Source: a virus
Lineage: Duplodnaviria; Caudoviricetes
IMG/VR virus record: IMGVR_UViG_3300035235_001285
Span: 1-24,640 of that record
Length of the DNA: 24,640 nucleotides
Strand: one strand, 5' to 3'
The notes beneath the pieces were generated by a model. The model saw only the letters and a program-made list of their open reading frames with translations. It was not told the origin of the DNA and ran no database searches. Positions 6,709 to 15,216 of this stretch are shown here, in pieces; positions within the stretch are counted from its first letter, which is position 1; the number at the start of each line of letters is the position of its first letter. Both the position numbers and the translations under genes were made by a program.

Positions 6709-9256
6709 AGAATGCCTCCAATGTAGCTTGTTCTTCTTGCGACCAGCCAATAGATGTAAGAATAGGTTCAATTGGATCTAGAAAGGTCTTTTGAAACTGT
6801 AACTCATAATCAATGAACTTGTCAAGCTGTAACTCAGGTGGTAAGAAGTCAACAAAAGAGATAACGTTTTCTTTTATTGGGTTTGGCTTCTTAAGATAAC
6901 AGAACTTAACCTTATCACCATTACGAACAGGCTCATACTTATTTGTAAGAGACTTTTCCTTGATAGACTGGTTATGAAGAATAGCACCACGAACATGAAT
7001 AGGTGTACCTTTAGCATAACCTGACTTACGTGTCCACTTATCAATATCACTTACACCACGAGGAAACGCCACTTCATGAGCTGGTAAACTGAAGAAGTGT
7101 TGTTTAAACTGGCGAATAGCATCTTGTGTTTTAGTTTCTGAACCTGTTACAATAACTTTGAAAAGAGCTTTAAGAGCATCACGACATTGAGACGGAGTTG
7201 AAGATTTGATTGCTTCAATACCCATGATCTTAAGTTTAGGTTTAGCATAAGCTACACCTTCATTGTTGTGAACATTTAGAATGTAACGCTTTTTAGCTGT
7301 CCATATACCAATATCAGCAATAGCTTCACGTCCCATTTCCATACGTGGACGAGCACAATCCATTTGATCAAACAGTTTCTTATAAGACTCTTTAATGACA
7401 ACTTCAAAGTTGTCTTGGCAGATCTTATCAAGGAAAGCAACAGGATCTTTTGGCTTAAGCTTATCAACCAATGGACCAAAGTTAACGTATAGCGAATCAG
7501 TATCAATAGCAATAACATAATCTTTGTCTGTGCCAAGTAGCTTATTCATATGATCATTAACAGTGTTTTCAGCAAAACGAATAGCATATTGACCAGACAA
7601 TGTAATAGCTTCAGCCATGGAAATATCGTTATAACGGAACCATTTGTTACCAAGTGCGCCATATAAACTATTCATCATAATCTTAATAGCCATTTGCTGA
7701 TTTTCAAATCGATTCATATCACGTTCAATACGGTAAATATCTTGCTTTTGACTAGGATCAATACCCTGACGTTCTTGTTGAGCGGCAAGCATTTTGTCTT
7801 TAATAATACGACGTTCAGCATAGTAGTCAATAATCAAAGATGGTAGAACACCAATACTATCTTTCTTAAAGTGAACACCATTAGCTGCCATAGAAGTAGA
7901 TTTGTCTGGGTTTTCAGTATTGTAACCACCTAGGCAAGTATCTGGAGTAACACCCATAGTTGTACCTGATACAATAGTTTCAGGTGACATGTTCCACTGA
8001 ACAATAATGTTAGGATACAGTGAATTCAAATCAAAGGACACAACCCAATCATGTAAACCAACTTGTGGAGCTTTAACGTAACCACCAGCAAAACTTGTTT
8101 GATCTTCACCATCAGTTGCACCAGCTTTTATATAGCTAGTGTTACCTGCAATCTTATCAACATTAGGAAATACGTTCTTTTTGGCAAGAGTACGATAGAT
8201 AATAGTATCCCACATCGATGTAGTACCAAATGTATCCATATAGTTAATACCAGCTTTATAGGCAATAGTCATTACCAAAGTAATAAGACCCATCTTATCT
8301 TCAAGGCGATCAACCAATTCAACATCTTTAATATTATAGTCAATAAACTTTTGAAAGTCAGCTTTATACAAACCGTGTAAAGAAGAGTGTTCTTCATAAG
8401 ACAATTTGTTTTCACCAAGTACTACGTGGGAAATATGGTTAAGTGAATATGATTCTTGTGGACCGTATGCATAACCAAACTTCTTAAACATATCCATGTA
8501 ATCAAGTGTAACAATACCATATAACTCATAGGTAGTAAGATCACGACCTTTAAACTTTATAGTACGCTCATTGACATGTTCCCAAGGTGAAAGGCGATTT
8601 GCCTGCCCTTCGCCAAGAACTTTAGTGATACGATTAACCATGTATGGTACATCAAACCCACGTACATTCCAGCCTGTAATTACGTCTGGGCAGTGAGCTG
8701 GTGAATTCCACCACTTAAGGAAGTCAGATAACAAATGCATTTCATTATCCATCTTACGATAAACAACTTCGCAATCTTGCATAATAGACTTTGAGATGTC
8801 ATAATCGCCAAATCCCCAGACAAAGTAGACGTTATCAATATTGTTTTTACAAGCAATAGAGATAATAGGTTGTGCAGCTTGGTCAGGCTCTGGGAAACCA
8901 TTATCAGATTGAACCTCAATATCAATTGAAGTTATGTTAATACGTTCACGATCAAATTCAATTTCATCTTGCCATGTTTCTGCAATATAGGCATTTACAT
9001 AGTTGGTAGAACCATAGATGTTAAAGCTATCAACTTCTTCATATGTTTTTAAGAAGTCACGAGCGTTGCGCATAGTATCAAATAGACGTGGCTCAATTAC
9101 CACACCATCTAAGCTATTAAAGCCAGTTTCAGGCTTTTGAGATTTTACATAAAGCGTAGGCTCGAATTTGATCTTACGCATAACAGGCTGATTGTTTTCA
9201 TAGCCGCGATATAAGAGCTGATTACCGTATCGATTGATAGATGTATAAAATTTCAA
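6701..9256 (-). CDS. gp43: DNA polymerase, family B (T4 gp43)
   Basis: Exo motifs DIEV, GWNV.GFD and YNIKDV; Pol motifs SFDLNSLYP, KIMMNSLYGALG, AIDTDSLY, KKRY. Likely UUG start at 9256, 7 nt after GGAGG. Confidence 0.97.
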   Translation of the reverse strand: MKFYTSINRYGNQLLYRGYENNQPVMRKIKFEPTLYVKSQKPETGFNSLDGVVIEPRLFDTMRNARDFLKTYEEVDSFNIYGSTNYVNAYIAETWQDEIEFDRERINITSIDIEVQSDNGFPEPDQAAQPIISIACKNNIDNVYFVWGFGDYDISKSIMQDCEVVYRKMDNEMHLLSDFLKWWNSPAHCPDVITGWNVRGFDVPYMVNRITKVLGEGQANRLSPWEHVNERTIKFKGRDLTTYELYGIVTLDYMDMFKKFGYAYGPQESYSLNHISHVVLGENKLSYEEHSSLHGLYKADFQKFIDYNIKDVELVDRLEDKMGLITLVMTIAYKAGINYMDTFGTTSMWDTIIYRTLAKKNVFPNVDKIAGNTSYIKAGATDGEDQTSFAGGYVKAPQVGLHDWVVSFDLNSLYPNIIVQWNMSPETIVSGTTMGVTPDTCLGGYNTENPDKSTSMAANGVHFKKDSIGVLPSLIIDYYAERRIIKDKMLAAQQERQGIDPSQKQDIYRIERDMNRFENQQMAIKIMMNSLYGALGNKWFRYNDISMAEAITLSGQYAIRFAENTVNDHMNKLLGTDKDYVIAIDTDSLYVNFGPLVDKLKPKDPVAFLDKICQDNFEVVIKESYKKLFDQMDCARPRMEMGREAIADIGIWTAKKRYILNVHNNEGVAYAKPKLKIMGIEAIKSSTPSQCRDALKALFKVIVTGSETKTQDAIRQFKQHFFSLPAHEVAFPRGVSDIDKWTRKSGYAKGTPIHVRGAILHNQSIKEKSLTNKYEPVRNGDKVKFCYLKKPNPIKENVISFVDFLPPELQLDKFIDYELQFQKTFLDPIEPILTSIGWSQEEQATLEAFFG

Positions 9257-9281
9257 AGTCAAACCTCCATAATGTAAGTAT

Positions 9282-9310
9282 ATTATAACACATCTTGTAG
9301 CAAATGTAAA
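9282..9310 (-). promoter_or_regulatory. early sigma70-like promoter for gp43
   Basis: attata 9282-9287, tgtaaa 9305-9310, 17-nt spacer. Confidence 0.8.
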
Positions 9311-9321
9311 GGATTATTTTA

Positions 9322-9603
9322 CTAAACTATCAATTTATTTGGTGTAATGATTTTTGAAAACATTGTCTGATACTGTTGTTTAAGCTCAGCAACTGGTTCT
9401 ACAACAAACATTACGTTCTTAGAATGTGTTTCAATTCCATCTTTAGCATCTGAATATGCCATGAATGGAGCTAAACCTAATTGATTGTTTTGTGTTGGTA
9501 TTAGGATTGCTACATCTTTAAGAGTGTAGCCTGTAGAAGAAACTTTAGTAGAGCAGATTAGCTCTTCGCCTGTGATTAGACGTACGATTTTAATATTGTC
9601 CAT
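9322..9603 (-). CDS. small conserved T4-like protein (Sm-like fold, IKIVRL.TGEELI)
   Basis: Start moved to ATG 9603 (GGGAG RBS). The motif resembles small proteins found before gp43 in marine T4-like phages. Confidence 0.7.
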   Translation of the reverse strand: MDNIKIVRLITGEELICSTKVSSTGYTLKDVAILIPTQNNQLGLAPFMAYSDAKDGIETHSKNVMFVVEPVAELKQQYQTMFSKIITPNKLIV

Positions 9604-9621
9604 AATATAGACTCCCATGTT

Positions 9622-9653
9622 ATAAAGAATGAGAGCCGCCGGAACGGCTCTCA
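9622..9653 (-). terminator. intrinsic terminator hairpin closing the hsp20 operon
   Basis: TGAGAGCCG-N6-CGGCTCTCA 9-bp stem (9630-9653) followed by TTCTTTAT on the minus strand. Confidence 0.65.
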
Positions 9654-9660
9654 AAGATAT

Positions 9661-9762
9661 TTATTTACCAAGCATAAGGTCTCTAGCTTCGTCAAACTTG
9701 CCGACTGATGCTAACCTATGCGCTTCAAATGATTTTAAGATACTAGCCATGAATGATCTCAT
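9661..9762 (-). CDS. 33-aa small protein (MRSFMASILKSFEAHRLASVGKFDEARDLMLGK)
   Basis: Not in the ORF track. ATGA overlap with the upstream ORF; ends just before the terminator. Confidence 0.55.
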   Translation of the reverse strand: MRSFMASILKSFEAHRLASVGKFDEARDLMLGK

Positions 9763-9893
9763 AGCTTGAATCCCTTCAATTGAAGTTGACGCTGGCGTCT
9801 TTCCAATTCAACTAAGTCGGAAGATTGTGCTAGGTACCTTTCAATAGGACTCATCCTAGTAGTCTTCCACCACCTTTTTAATAGACCAATCAT
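9759..9893 (-). CDS. 44-aa DUF3563-like small protein
   Basis: Not in the ORF track. MIGLLKRWWKTTRMSPIERYLAQSSDLVELERRQRQLQLKGFKL contains an ERYLAQS.DL.ELERR motif; ATGA overlaps at both ends. Confidence 0.7.
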   Translation of the reverse strand: MIGLLKRWWKTTRMSPIERYLAQSSDLVELERRQRQLQLKGFKL

Positions 9894-10117
9894 TGATAGT
9901 CTCTTAATGTTTTAGCATTAAGCTCAGCCGTAAGTGATTCCACTGTATGGCCTCGATACTCACAAATAAGTTGTTCGGCAATCATACGATTAGCAGACTT
10001 TTGTCGACCAATCATATAACCAATCATCATACTCCTGAGAGTGGCTTTAATCGAATTGAGAAATTTCTCAAGTATTTTCCCTGAGAAGTTCAGGCTCTGT
10101 AGTGCTATTGCTGTCAT
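9890..10117 (-). CDS. 75-aa hypothetical protein in the hsp20 operon
   Basis: GAGG RBS, overlaps the hsp20 3' end by 50 nt, coupled to the next ORF. Confidence 0.6.
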   Translation of the reverse strand: MTAIALQSLNFSGKILEKFLNSIKATLRSMMIGYMIGRQKSANRMIAEQLICEYRGHTVESLTAELNAKTLRDYQ

Positions 10118-10547
10118 TATTACTGTCCTCGTAATTAGAATTGATTTTGATTTTACGAGGTCGCTTCTCTTCAGGTAGGACTACTTCTAACTTTACTGCT
10201 AGTATTCCATCCTTCATGTCTGCACCAGTGACTTCCGTGTATTCGCTAAGGCGATACGATTTGTTGAACTTTCGAGCACTAATCCCTTTGTGTACATACT
10301 CTTCCGGCGATCTCCGAGCTGGACGATCTCCTTTAATAGTAAGCACATGGTCTTCTACAGCGATATCAATATGTTCTTCATTAAAACCAGCAACTGCTAG
10401 CTCTACAATGTAGTTCATATTATCGAGTTTAACGACGTTATGTGGGGGATAAGTATCCTTTGCATGGGCGTGAACTTGTTCTAGCCTATCAAAGATGTGA
10501 TCGAAACCTAAAAATGCGTTTCGTGGATATGCGAAATTACCTGTCAT
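10068..10547 (-). CDS. hsp20: small heat shock protein (Hsp20/IbpA family)
   Basis: FLGFD, YPPHNVVK, ELAVAGF, YVHKGISARKF, DGIL, PEEKRPRKIKI (IxI motif). Confidence 0.95.
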   Translation of the reverse strand: MTGNFAYPRNAFLGFDHIFDRLEQVHAHAKDTYPPHNVVKLDNMNYIVELAVAGFNEEHIDIAVEDHVLTIKGDRPARRSPEEYVHKGISARKFNKSYRLSEYTEVTGADMKDGILAVKLEVVLPEEKRPRKIKINSNYEDSNNDSNSTTEPELLRENT

Positions 10548-10606
10548 GTGTTACCTCCTATGACTTAAGCAAGGTTATATTAAGGACCCACTTGCGTGGC
10601 ATCCAC
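10548..10606 (-). promoter_or_regulatory. ROSE-like RNA thermometer in the hsp20 5' UTR
   Basis: mRNA has a GGAU(G)CCAC-GCAA-GUGGGUCC hairpin, then CCUUGCU pairing with AGGAGG (SD) with a bulged G. Confidence 0.6.
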
Positions 10607-10609
10607 AGT

Positions 10610-10617
10610 TATTTATA
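10610..10617 (-). promoter_or_regulatory. T4-type late (gp55) promoter TATAAATA
   Basis: + strand tatttata, intergenic, about 60 nt upstream of hsp20. Confidence 0.75.
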
Positions 10618-10647
10618 CAAGTACTTTATGTACTTGCAATTCTATGA

Positions 10648-11067
10648 CTACTTATTTGTTCCAATATTATACTTGGGACAAAGTTGCCATGAATCCTTAT
10701 CCTTATAAGAAATGATTTTGATTTGTCTTAATGGTGCTTTATCTTTAGCTTGTTCATTGTTGACAATTGTAATCAAACCCCAGTCCGACAATAATGTTGC
10801 AACTGTGTTCCTACGCTCAATATCATTTTCCATAAGATTAGATGGTTTCCCATCTAGTAAAAATAATTCTTTGAAGTGCGTGATAAAATACCTACCTTGT
10901 TTGTGTAGTATATGACAAGATTGATATAGCATATTGTCTTTGCGGGATGCAACTCCAATACGAGTTAATGTTTCACGTACTTTAAGAAAATCATCTGGTT
11001 CATTAAGGATGACTTCCAGCATCATAGCTGGTGTCCACTCCTGTACTTCGTTATTTTGATCTTCCAC
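10648..11067 (-). CDS. regA: translational repressor RegA
   Basis: DDFLKVRETLTRIGVA, LYQSCHILHKQGRYFITHFKELFLLDG, RRN..A.LL.DWGL, W.L.PKYNIG. Confidence 0.96.
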   Translation of the reverse strand: MEDQNNEVQEWTPAMMLEVILNEPDDFLKVRETLTRIGVASRKDNMLYQSCHILHKQGRYFITHFKELFLLDGKPSNLMENDIERRNTVATLLSDWGLITIVNNEQAKDKAPLRQIKIISYKDKDSWQLCPKYNIGTNK

Positions 11068-11431
11068 CTTTATTCACCTTTTGTTTCAATACATTAATCT
11101 GTTCATCGTTTAGTAAGGTGAGAGCTTGGCGAGCTTTTTCATTGCTATAACCATAATATTCTTTGACTGCTTCTAATGACTCAGTCTTATCGGCTTTCAA
11201 CCACTTGCTAAAACGCTTTTGTTTCCTAATTGTATTTATAAGAAAATCGAATTGGAGGCGGTTATCTAAGTGGTGATTGCGATTCATTTCATTAGCCAAC
11301 AAAGCTGTATCATAAAAGTATGATAAACCTCTATTGACCATAAAGGCATTATATTTCTTTTCAGCTTCTTCATCCACCATAAGATCTTTTTTGGTGTTGT
11401 TGATAGCATTTAAATATTCAAACGGATTCAT
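11051..11431 (-). CDS. gp62: clamp loader small subunit (gp62)
   Basis: Y..FMVNRGLS, ANEMN, QFDFLIN.IRK.KRFSKW, VKEYYGYSNEKA; position between gp44 and regA. Confidence 0.92.
   Translation of the reverse strand: MNPFEYLNAINNTKKDLMVDEEAEKKYNAFMVNRGLSYFYDTALLANEMNRNHHLDNRLQFDFLINTIRKQKRFSKWLKADKTESLEAVKEYYGYSNEKARQALTLLNDEQINVLKQKVNKGGRSK
11233..11240 (-). promoter_or_regulatory. possible late promoter TATAAATA inside gp62, upstream of regA
   Basis: Exact consensus, but within an AT-rich coding sequence. Confidence 0.35.
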
Positions 11432-11432
11432 A

Positions 11433-11588
11433 TCAAAACCATCCTAATTTTGTACCATTGTGTGCAATAATAAAGAAGCATGCCACAAGGTGAGTTATAA
11501 CCCAAACTGTTCTTAAGATAGCAGCAATATCGCTTTCTTTCGTATCGCCGATTTTGCTACCAATTGTCTTAGCCCATATTCTCCACAT
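11433..11588 (-). CDS. 51-aa small membrane protein (MWRIWAKTIGSKIGDTKESDIAAILRTVWVITHLVACFFIIAHNGTKLGWF)
   Basis: Not in the ORF track. Fills the gp44-gp62 gap exactly and has one hydrophobic segment. Confidence 0.7.
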   Translation of the reverse strand: MWRIWAKTIGSKIGDTKESDIAAILRTVWVITHLVACFFIIAHNGTKLGWF

Positions 11589-11592
11589 TGTA

Positions 11593-12525
11593 CTAAGCAA
11601 ACTCGACATTAGCCATTAGCTCCGTCATGCATGCAACCATGTTTAATTCATGATCTGCTACAAATGCATTCTTATACTGATAGTCAGCAAGAATAAGAAC
11701 TAGTTGTGGAATAGAATGTGGCTTAGCCATAGTGGCCATATTATCATAAATCATTCTAAAGATTTGTTGTGGTTCAACATCAATGTTATTGGCAACCCAT
11801 GACCTCATACGTTTAAAGTCTTTGTTTTTAAGATGATTAGTTAATTCAGTTTGATCTTGAATTAAAGTAATTGAGGAAGCTTCAATCTTACCAGATACAC
11901 TATAACGTTGGGATTCCCCAAGTACTCTACGGAAATCTGGGAAGTGCTTATTGACAATGCTAGCAACTACAGAAGCTTCAGCATTTACACCTTCATCTTG
12001 TAAAATTGATTGTAACCTAACAAAGAACTTATGTGCAATACCTGCTTTGTGCTCTTTTGGAATAGTAAAGTCATATACTGAACACCTTGAATGAAGTGGT
12101 TCAATGATACGATTCTTAAAGTTACATGTAAGGATAAACCTACAGTTGTTTGAAAACTCTTCAATAAATCCACGCAAGGCAGGCTGGGTTGATTGAGGAT
12201 TAAGATAATCTGCTTCATCCAAAATTACTACCTTATACCCACCTTGCAATGAAACTGAAGATGCAAACTGTTTAATCTTACCACGTAATGTATCAATGTT
12301 TCCTTCTTCAGAACCATTTACTACAATATAGTCAAGACTAAGTTCACTACACAATGCTCGAGCTACGGTGGTTTTACCTGTACCAGCTGTTCCATTAAAC
12401 ATCATGTTAGGAAGCTCACCTGTATCCAGGATCGCTTGGAATGTGTTCTTCATTTCGTCGGTAAGAACACATTCACTTATTGTTTGTGGGCGATACTTTT
12501 CAACCCATAAAAATTCAACACTCAT
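11593..12525 (-). CDS. gp44: clamp loader large subunit (gp44), AAA+ ATPase
   Basis: LWVEKYRP, GTAGTGKT, VILDEAD, LHSRC, FPDFRR. Confidence 0.96.
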   Translation of the reverse strand: MSVEFLWVEKYRPQTISECVLTDEMKNTFQAILDTGELPNMMFNGTAGTGKTTVARALCSELSLDYIVVNGSEEGNIDTLRGKIKQFASSVSLQGGYKVVILDEADYLNPQSTQPALRGFIEEFSNNCRFILTCNFKNRIIEPLHSRCSVYDFTIPKEHKAGIAHKFFVRLQSILQDEGVNAEASVVASIVNKHFPDFRRVLGESQRYSVSGKIEASSITLIQDQTELTNHLKNKDFKRMRSWVANNIDVEPQQIFRMIYDNMATMAKPHSIPQLVLILADYQYKNAFVADHELNMVACMTELMANVEFA

Positions 12526-12553
12526 TTCACATTCCTCATCATTATATAAGTAT

Positions 12554-12582
12554 ATTATATCACATTACTCGGGCTTTGTAAA
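12554..12582 (-). promoter_or_regulatory. early sigma70-like promoter for gp44
   Basis: attata 12554-12559, tgtaaa 12577-12582, 17-nt spacer. Confidence 0.78.
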
Positions 12583-12795
12583 CCCAAAAGTGAATTCTTT
12601 TCCATTTAATATTATGGTAATTTTTTCATCTAATTGCATCCATTCCTTATCATGGCTTTTTGGTTTACAGTATTCTGGCAAACTATCTGAATAGCATGCA
12701 CCACAATCATCTGGAAGTTCGTGAGCAGTTACTGGAGCACAACCAGTAATACTGATCATGGCTCCAGCTAAAATCCTTTTAGCCCATATTGTCAT
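12565..12795 (-). CDS. small exported protein / possible lipoprotein
   Basis: N-terminal KR plus hydrophobic stretch and ITGC lipobox-like motif; CxxC in the mature part; GAGGAG RBS. Confidence 0.55.
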   Translation of the reverse strand: MTIWAKRILAGAMISITGCAPVTAHELPDDCGACYSDSLPEYCKPKSHDKEWMQLDEKITIILNGKEFTFGFTKPE

Positions 12796-13432
12796 TTGGA
12801 ACTAGCTCCTCAAGCTTTAAGTTAATTTCAGACTGATTAGACTCTTCAATCTTAATATCATCTACAGCCTTATCTAATTCTTGAAATGCTTTATTTGATC
12901 TTAGTTTAGAATAAAGCAAACGGTCTTTACGAAGACGGTTTACAATAATCTTATTTGCTTCAAGATCATTATATTCTAGTAGAACAAAAGCACGATATTG
13001 AGTACCATCAGGGAATACTTCAGCTTCAGATACTGCGTAACCTGCAACATCTACATCAGCAATAATATTCTTAGTAACCTTTTCAACTTCATTAAGTGTA
13101 GCTACATCAAGATCGGTAGATCCTACTTTAGCAATAAAGTTTTTTGTTTGTGATCGAACTTTACCGTTGATCCTGTCTGCTAAAGTTGTCTTAGCATTAA
13201 GTACTGCAATATCGTAACTTAACTGTAGATCAGGAGTTACTGCGGTACCCACTGCAAAGATACTTTCGTCTTTTACAGGAATTTTGGTAAACCATTTTGG
13301 CATTCTATCGATTTGCTTTTCAACCATTTCACGCTGTTCTTCAATGACAACAGCTTGAGTGATTTTGCCTTGGCTACTACATGCGCTTAAAGCTAATGCC
13401 GCAAGTGGTAGAGTTAAGAAGTATGTTTTCAC
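12779..13432 (-). CDS. lipoprotein, LPP20-like
   Basis: GTG start after GGAG; MKTYFLTLPLAALALSAC lipobox; P.WF, AVGTA, A..NAK..LA pattern typical of LPP20-type lipoproteins. Confidence 0.7.
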   Translation of the reverse strand: MKTYFLTLPLAALALSACSSQGKITQAVVIEEQREMVEKQIDRMPKWFTKIPVKDESIFAVGTAVTPDLQLSYDIAVLNAKTTLADRINGKVRSQTKNFIAKVGSTDLDVATLNEVEKVTKNIIADVDVAGYAVSEAEVFPDGTQYRAFVLLEYNDLEANKIIVNRLRKDRLLYSKLRSNKAFQELDKAVDDIKIEESNQSEINLKLEELVPNDNMG

Positions 13433-13451
13433 GTTTCTCTCCATAATAAAG

Positions 13452-13973
13452 TTACTTCAATATAGTCACTAGTAACCCAATGCTACTAGTCATGTTTCCA
13501 AAGTTGAATACTCTATTCGACTTTTGTGGAACTGGTTTTGCCCAACCTTTCATAAAGTCTTCAGTCTCAGTAAAATCAATTACTTCGTCTTTTTGACTTA
13601 CTACTACGGGCTTCTCATCTGGAGTACAATCCATGGTTGTAGTACCAGTTAGTATTTCAGGTGAAACAATTTTAATGATATTCTCTTTAGCCCTTACTTC
13701 AGCATGCATACAAGCATTTGTTTCAGTTTGATCAGGACCAAATACGAATTTTCCTTTAGTGTGATATTCAATACCTTCAATTGTTACATTCATTGAAACA
13801 ATACAAGCTCTTGTATCTTCTACGTAAGGAAAAACTTTACGCTGATAATTGGTCATTGACTCAATCTTATGCGTAAAGTTTCCACCTACTTGATGGGTAT
13901 ACTCGCAGTTAGTTGTTGCTAACGTCTGTGTCGATAGGAGTAACCCCGTCGTCAGTATCACCAAGGTCTTCAT
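13452..13973 (-). CDS. secreted/periplasmic hypothetical protein
   Basis: Signal peptide MKTLVILTTGLLLSTQTLA, four Cys, AGGAG RBS. Start 13973 or 13979. Confidence 0.65.
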   Translation of the reverse strand: MKTLVILTTGLLLSTQTLATTNCEYTHQVGGNFTHKIESMTNYQRKVFPYVEDTRACIVSMNVTIEGIEYHTKGKFVFGPDQTETNACMHAEVRAKENIIKIVSPEILTGTTTMDCTPDEKPVVVSQKDEVIDFTETEDFMKGWAKPVPQKSNRVFNFGNMTSSIGLLVTILK

Positions 13974-14154
13974 TATCATTCTCCTGTGGTTGTTCCACTG
14001 GTTGATTTGCTTCAGCAAAGGCTGCAATCCTATCTCGAACTGCTCCTACTGATCCCATTTCATTACCTTTGAATGCTCCTCGTTCAGAACATGCATCAAT
14101 AATCTTTACCATTGATACTAAATCACCAATGTTTAGTTGTGGCGCTTCTGGCAT
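13909..14154 (-). CDS. conserved hypothetical phage protein (IID....RGAF...E...VG)
   Basis: GGAGG RBS, directly after gp45; acidic tail. Confidence 0.7.
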   Translation of the reverse strand: MPEAPQLNIGDLVSMVKIIDACSERGAFKGNEMGSVGAVRDRIAAFAEANQPVEQPQENDNEDLGDTDDGVTPIDTDVSNN

Positions 14155-14155
14155 A

Positions 14156-14839
14156 TTATCCTCCATAGTTAGAAGCCTTTTCCAAAGCGATAAAGTATTC
14201 TACCGCTGTGTTTTCATTAGTCCAACTAGAGATTAGTTTAGACGAAATACGAACATTATAGTCGCCTTGAATAATCTTGAAGTTAGCGATATTAAAGATG
14301 AATCGATATGGGACACTCGCTTGGGGTCCATCGACTGACAGCTCAAAGTTGTTGGCCGTAGCATCTTCCACATCAGTTACCCGAATAGTGATGTGTGCAT
14401 CGCCTGGATTAGCAGTGATGACTACATCGCTAACTCCAAGAGCTGACGCTGCCTTTCGCATTTGGGCGATATTATCGGCAGTCAGCGTAAGTGTAACCTC
14501 AGGGTCCGGCATAGTGATGACCTTTGATGGAGATGTTAAAATGGAAGGATCCGAGAAGTAGTAATTAACTGATTTACGTTCCTGCACAATTTTGACAGAA
14601 TTATAATCAGGTGAGAACTGCAACTCAGGGTCATCAAACATGCCTAGGACTCCGAGGAACTCGTTTAGGTCATAAATACCTAATAGATTGTCGGGGAAAG
14701 TTTCAGCAACTGTGGCGGTAGACATAATGTTTTTTGCCTCGCTCATAGTCTTAATTTCATTTCCACCGTTGAATACGATATTTGAATTGATTGATGCGAA
14801 GTTTTTCAACACATCACGGGTTTCATTAGATAGTTTCAT
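14156..14839 (-). CDS. gp45: DNA polymerase sliding clamp (gp45)
   Basis: MKLS..T..VLKNFASINSNI, GIYDLNEFL, YYFSDPS, YFIALE. Confidence 0.95.
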   Translation of the reverse strand: MKLSNETRDVLKNFASINSNIVFNGGNEIKTMSEAKNIMSTATVAETFPDNLLGIYDLNEFLGVLGMFDDPELQFSPDYNSVKIVQERKSVNYYFSDPSILTSPSKVITMPDPEVTLTLTADNIAQMRKAASALGVSDVVITANPGDAHITIRVTDVEDATANNFELSVDGPQASVPYRFIFNIANFKIIQGDYNVRISSKLISSWTNENTAVEYFIALEKASNYGG

Positions 14840-15216
14840 TATTTAGTATCTCCATTGATTTTCATATTGTAATTAGTATTATATACCATTTGAGGCGAAT
14901 TGTAAACCCCAAAAGTGCATTCAGCCTGACCTTTTTCATAAGGATCTTCTTTATGATCTTCGTCATGTTGATGCAAAGCAATAAGCGCATAGTGTAGGAT
15001 TTTCATAATATCTTTACGGTTTGCACCATCTTTCTTACCATACCTTTGAGCATACTTTAGAACATTACCTAAAGAGAAACCCATACCATGGCCACAGTCA
15101 ATAATGAATTCAGTTGACTGAAATTTATTTTTTGAGTAGTGACCACTGTAAGTTCCATCAATATACTCTTTTAGTTGTTTGATAAGCGAACCTTCGTTAA
15201 ACTTATATTCTACCAT
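14839..15216 (-). CDS. DUF3310-like protein (T7 gp1.7 nucleotide kinase-related family)
   Basis: HYS, F.LGNVLKYAQRYGKK and DIMK..HY signature. Confidence 0.7.
   Translation of the reverse strand: MVEYKFNEGSLIKQLKEYIDGTYSGHYSKNKFQSTEFIIDCGHGMGFSLGNVLKYAQRYGKKDGANRKDIMKILHYALIALHQHDEDHKEDPYEKGQAECTFGVYNSPQMVYNTNYNMKINGDTK
14878..14906 (-). promoter_or_regulatory. sigma70-like promoter for gp45, embedded in the upstream CDS
   Basis: attata 14878-14883, tgtaaac 14901-14907, 17-nt spacer. Confidence 0.7.

Noticed and set aside
6701-9256. Intron, intein or split in gp43 (and in thyX, gp46)
   Set aside because: Frames are continuous, lengths are ordinary, and no intein or homing endonuclease motifs are seen.
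14442-14486. Imperfect hairpin and CpG-rich stretch in gp45
   Set aside because: Short interrupted stems, explainable by the codon usage of a highly expressed gene.
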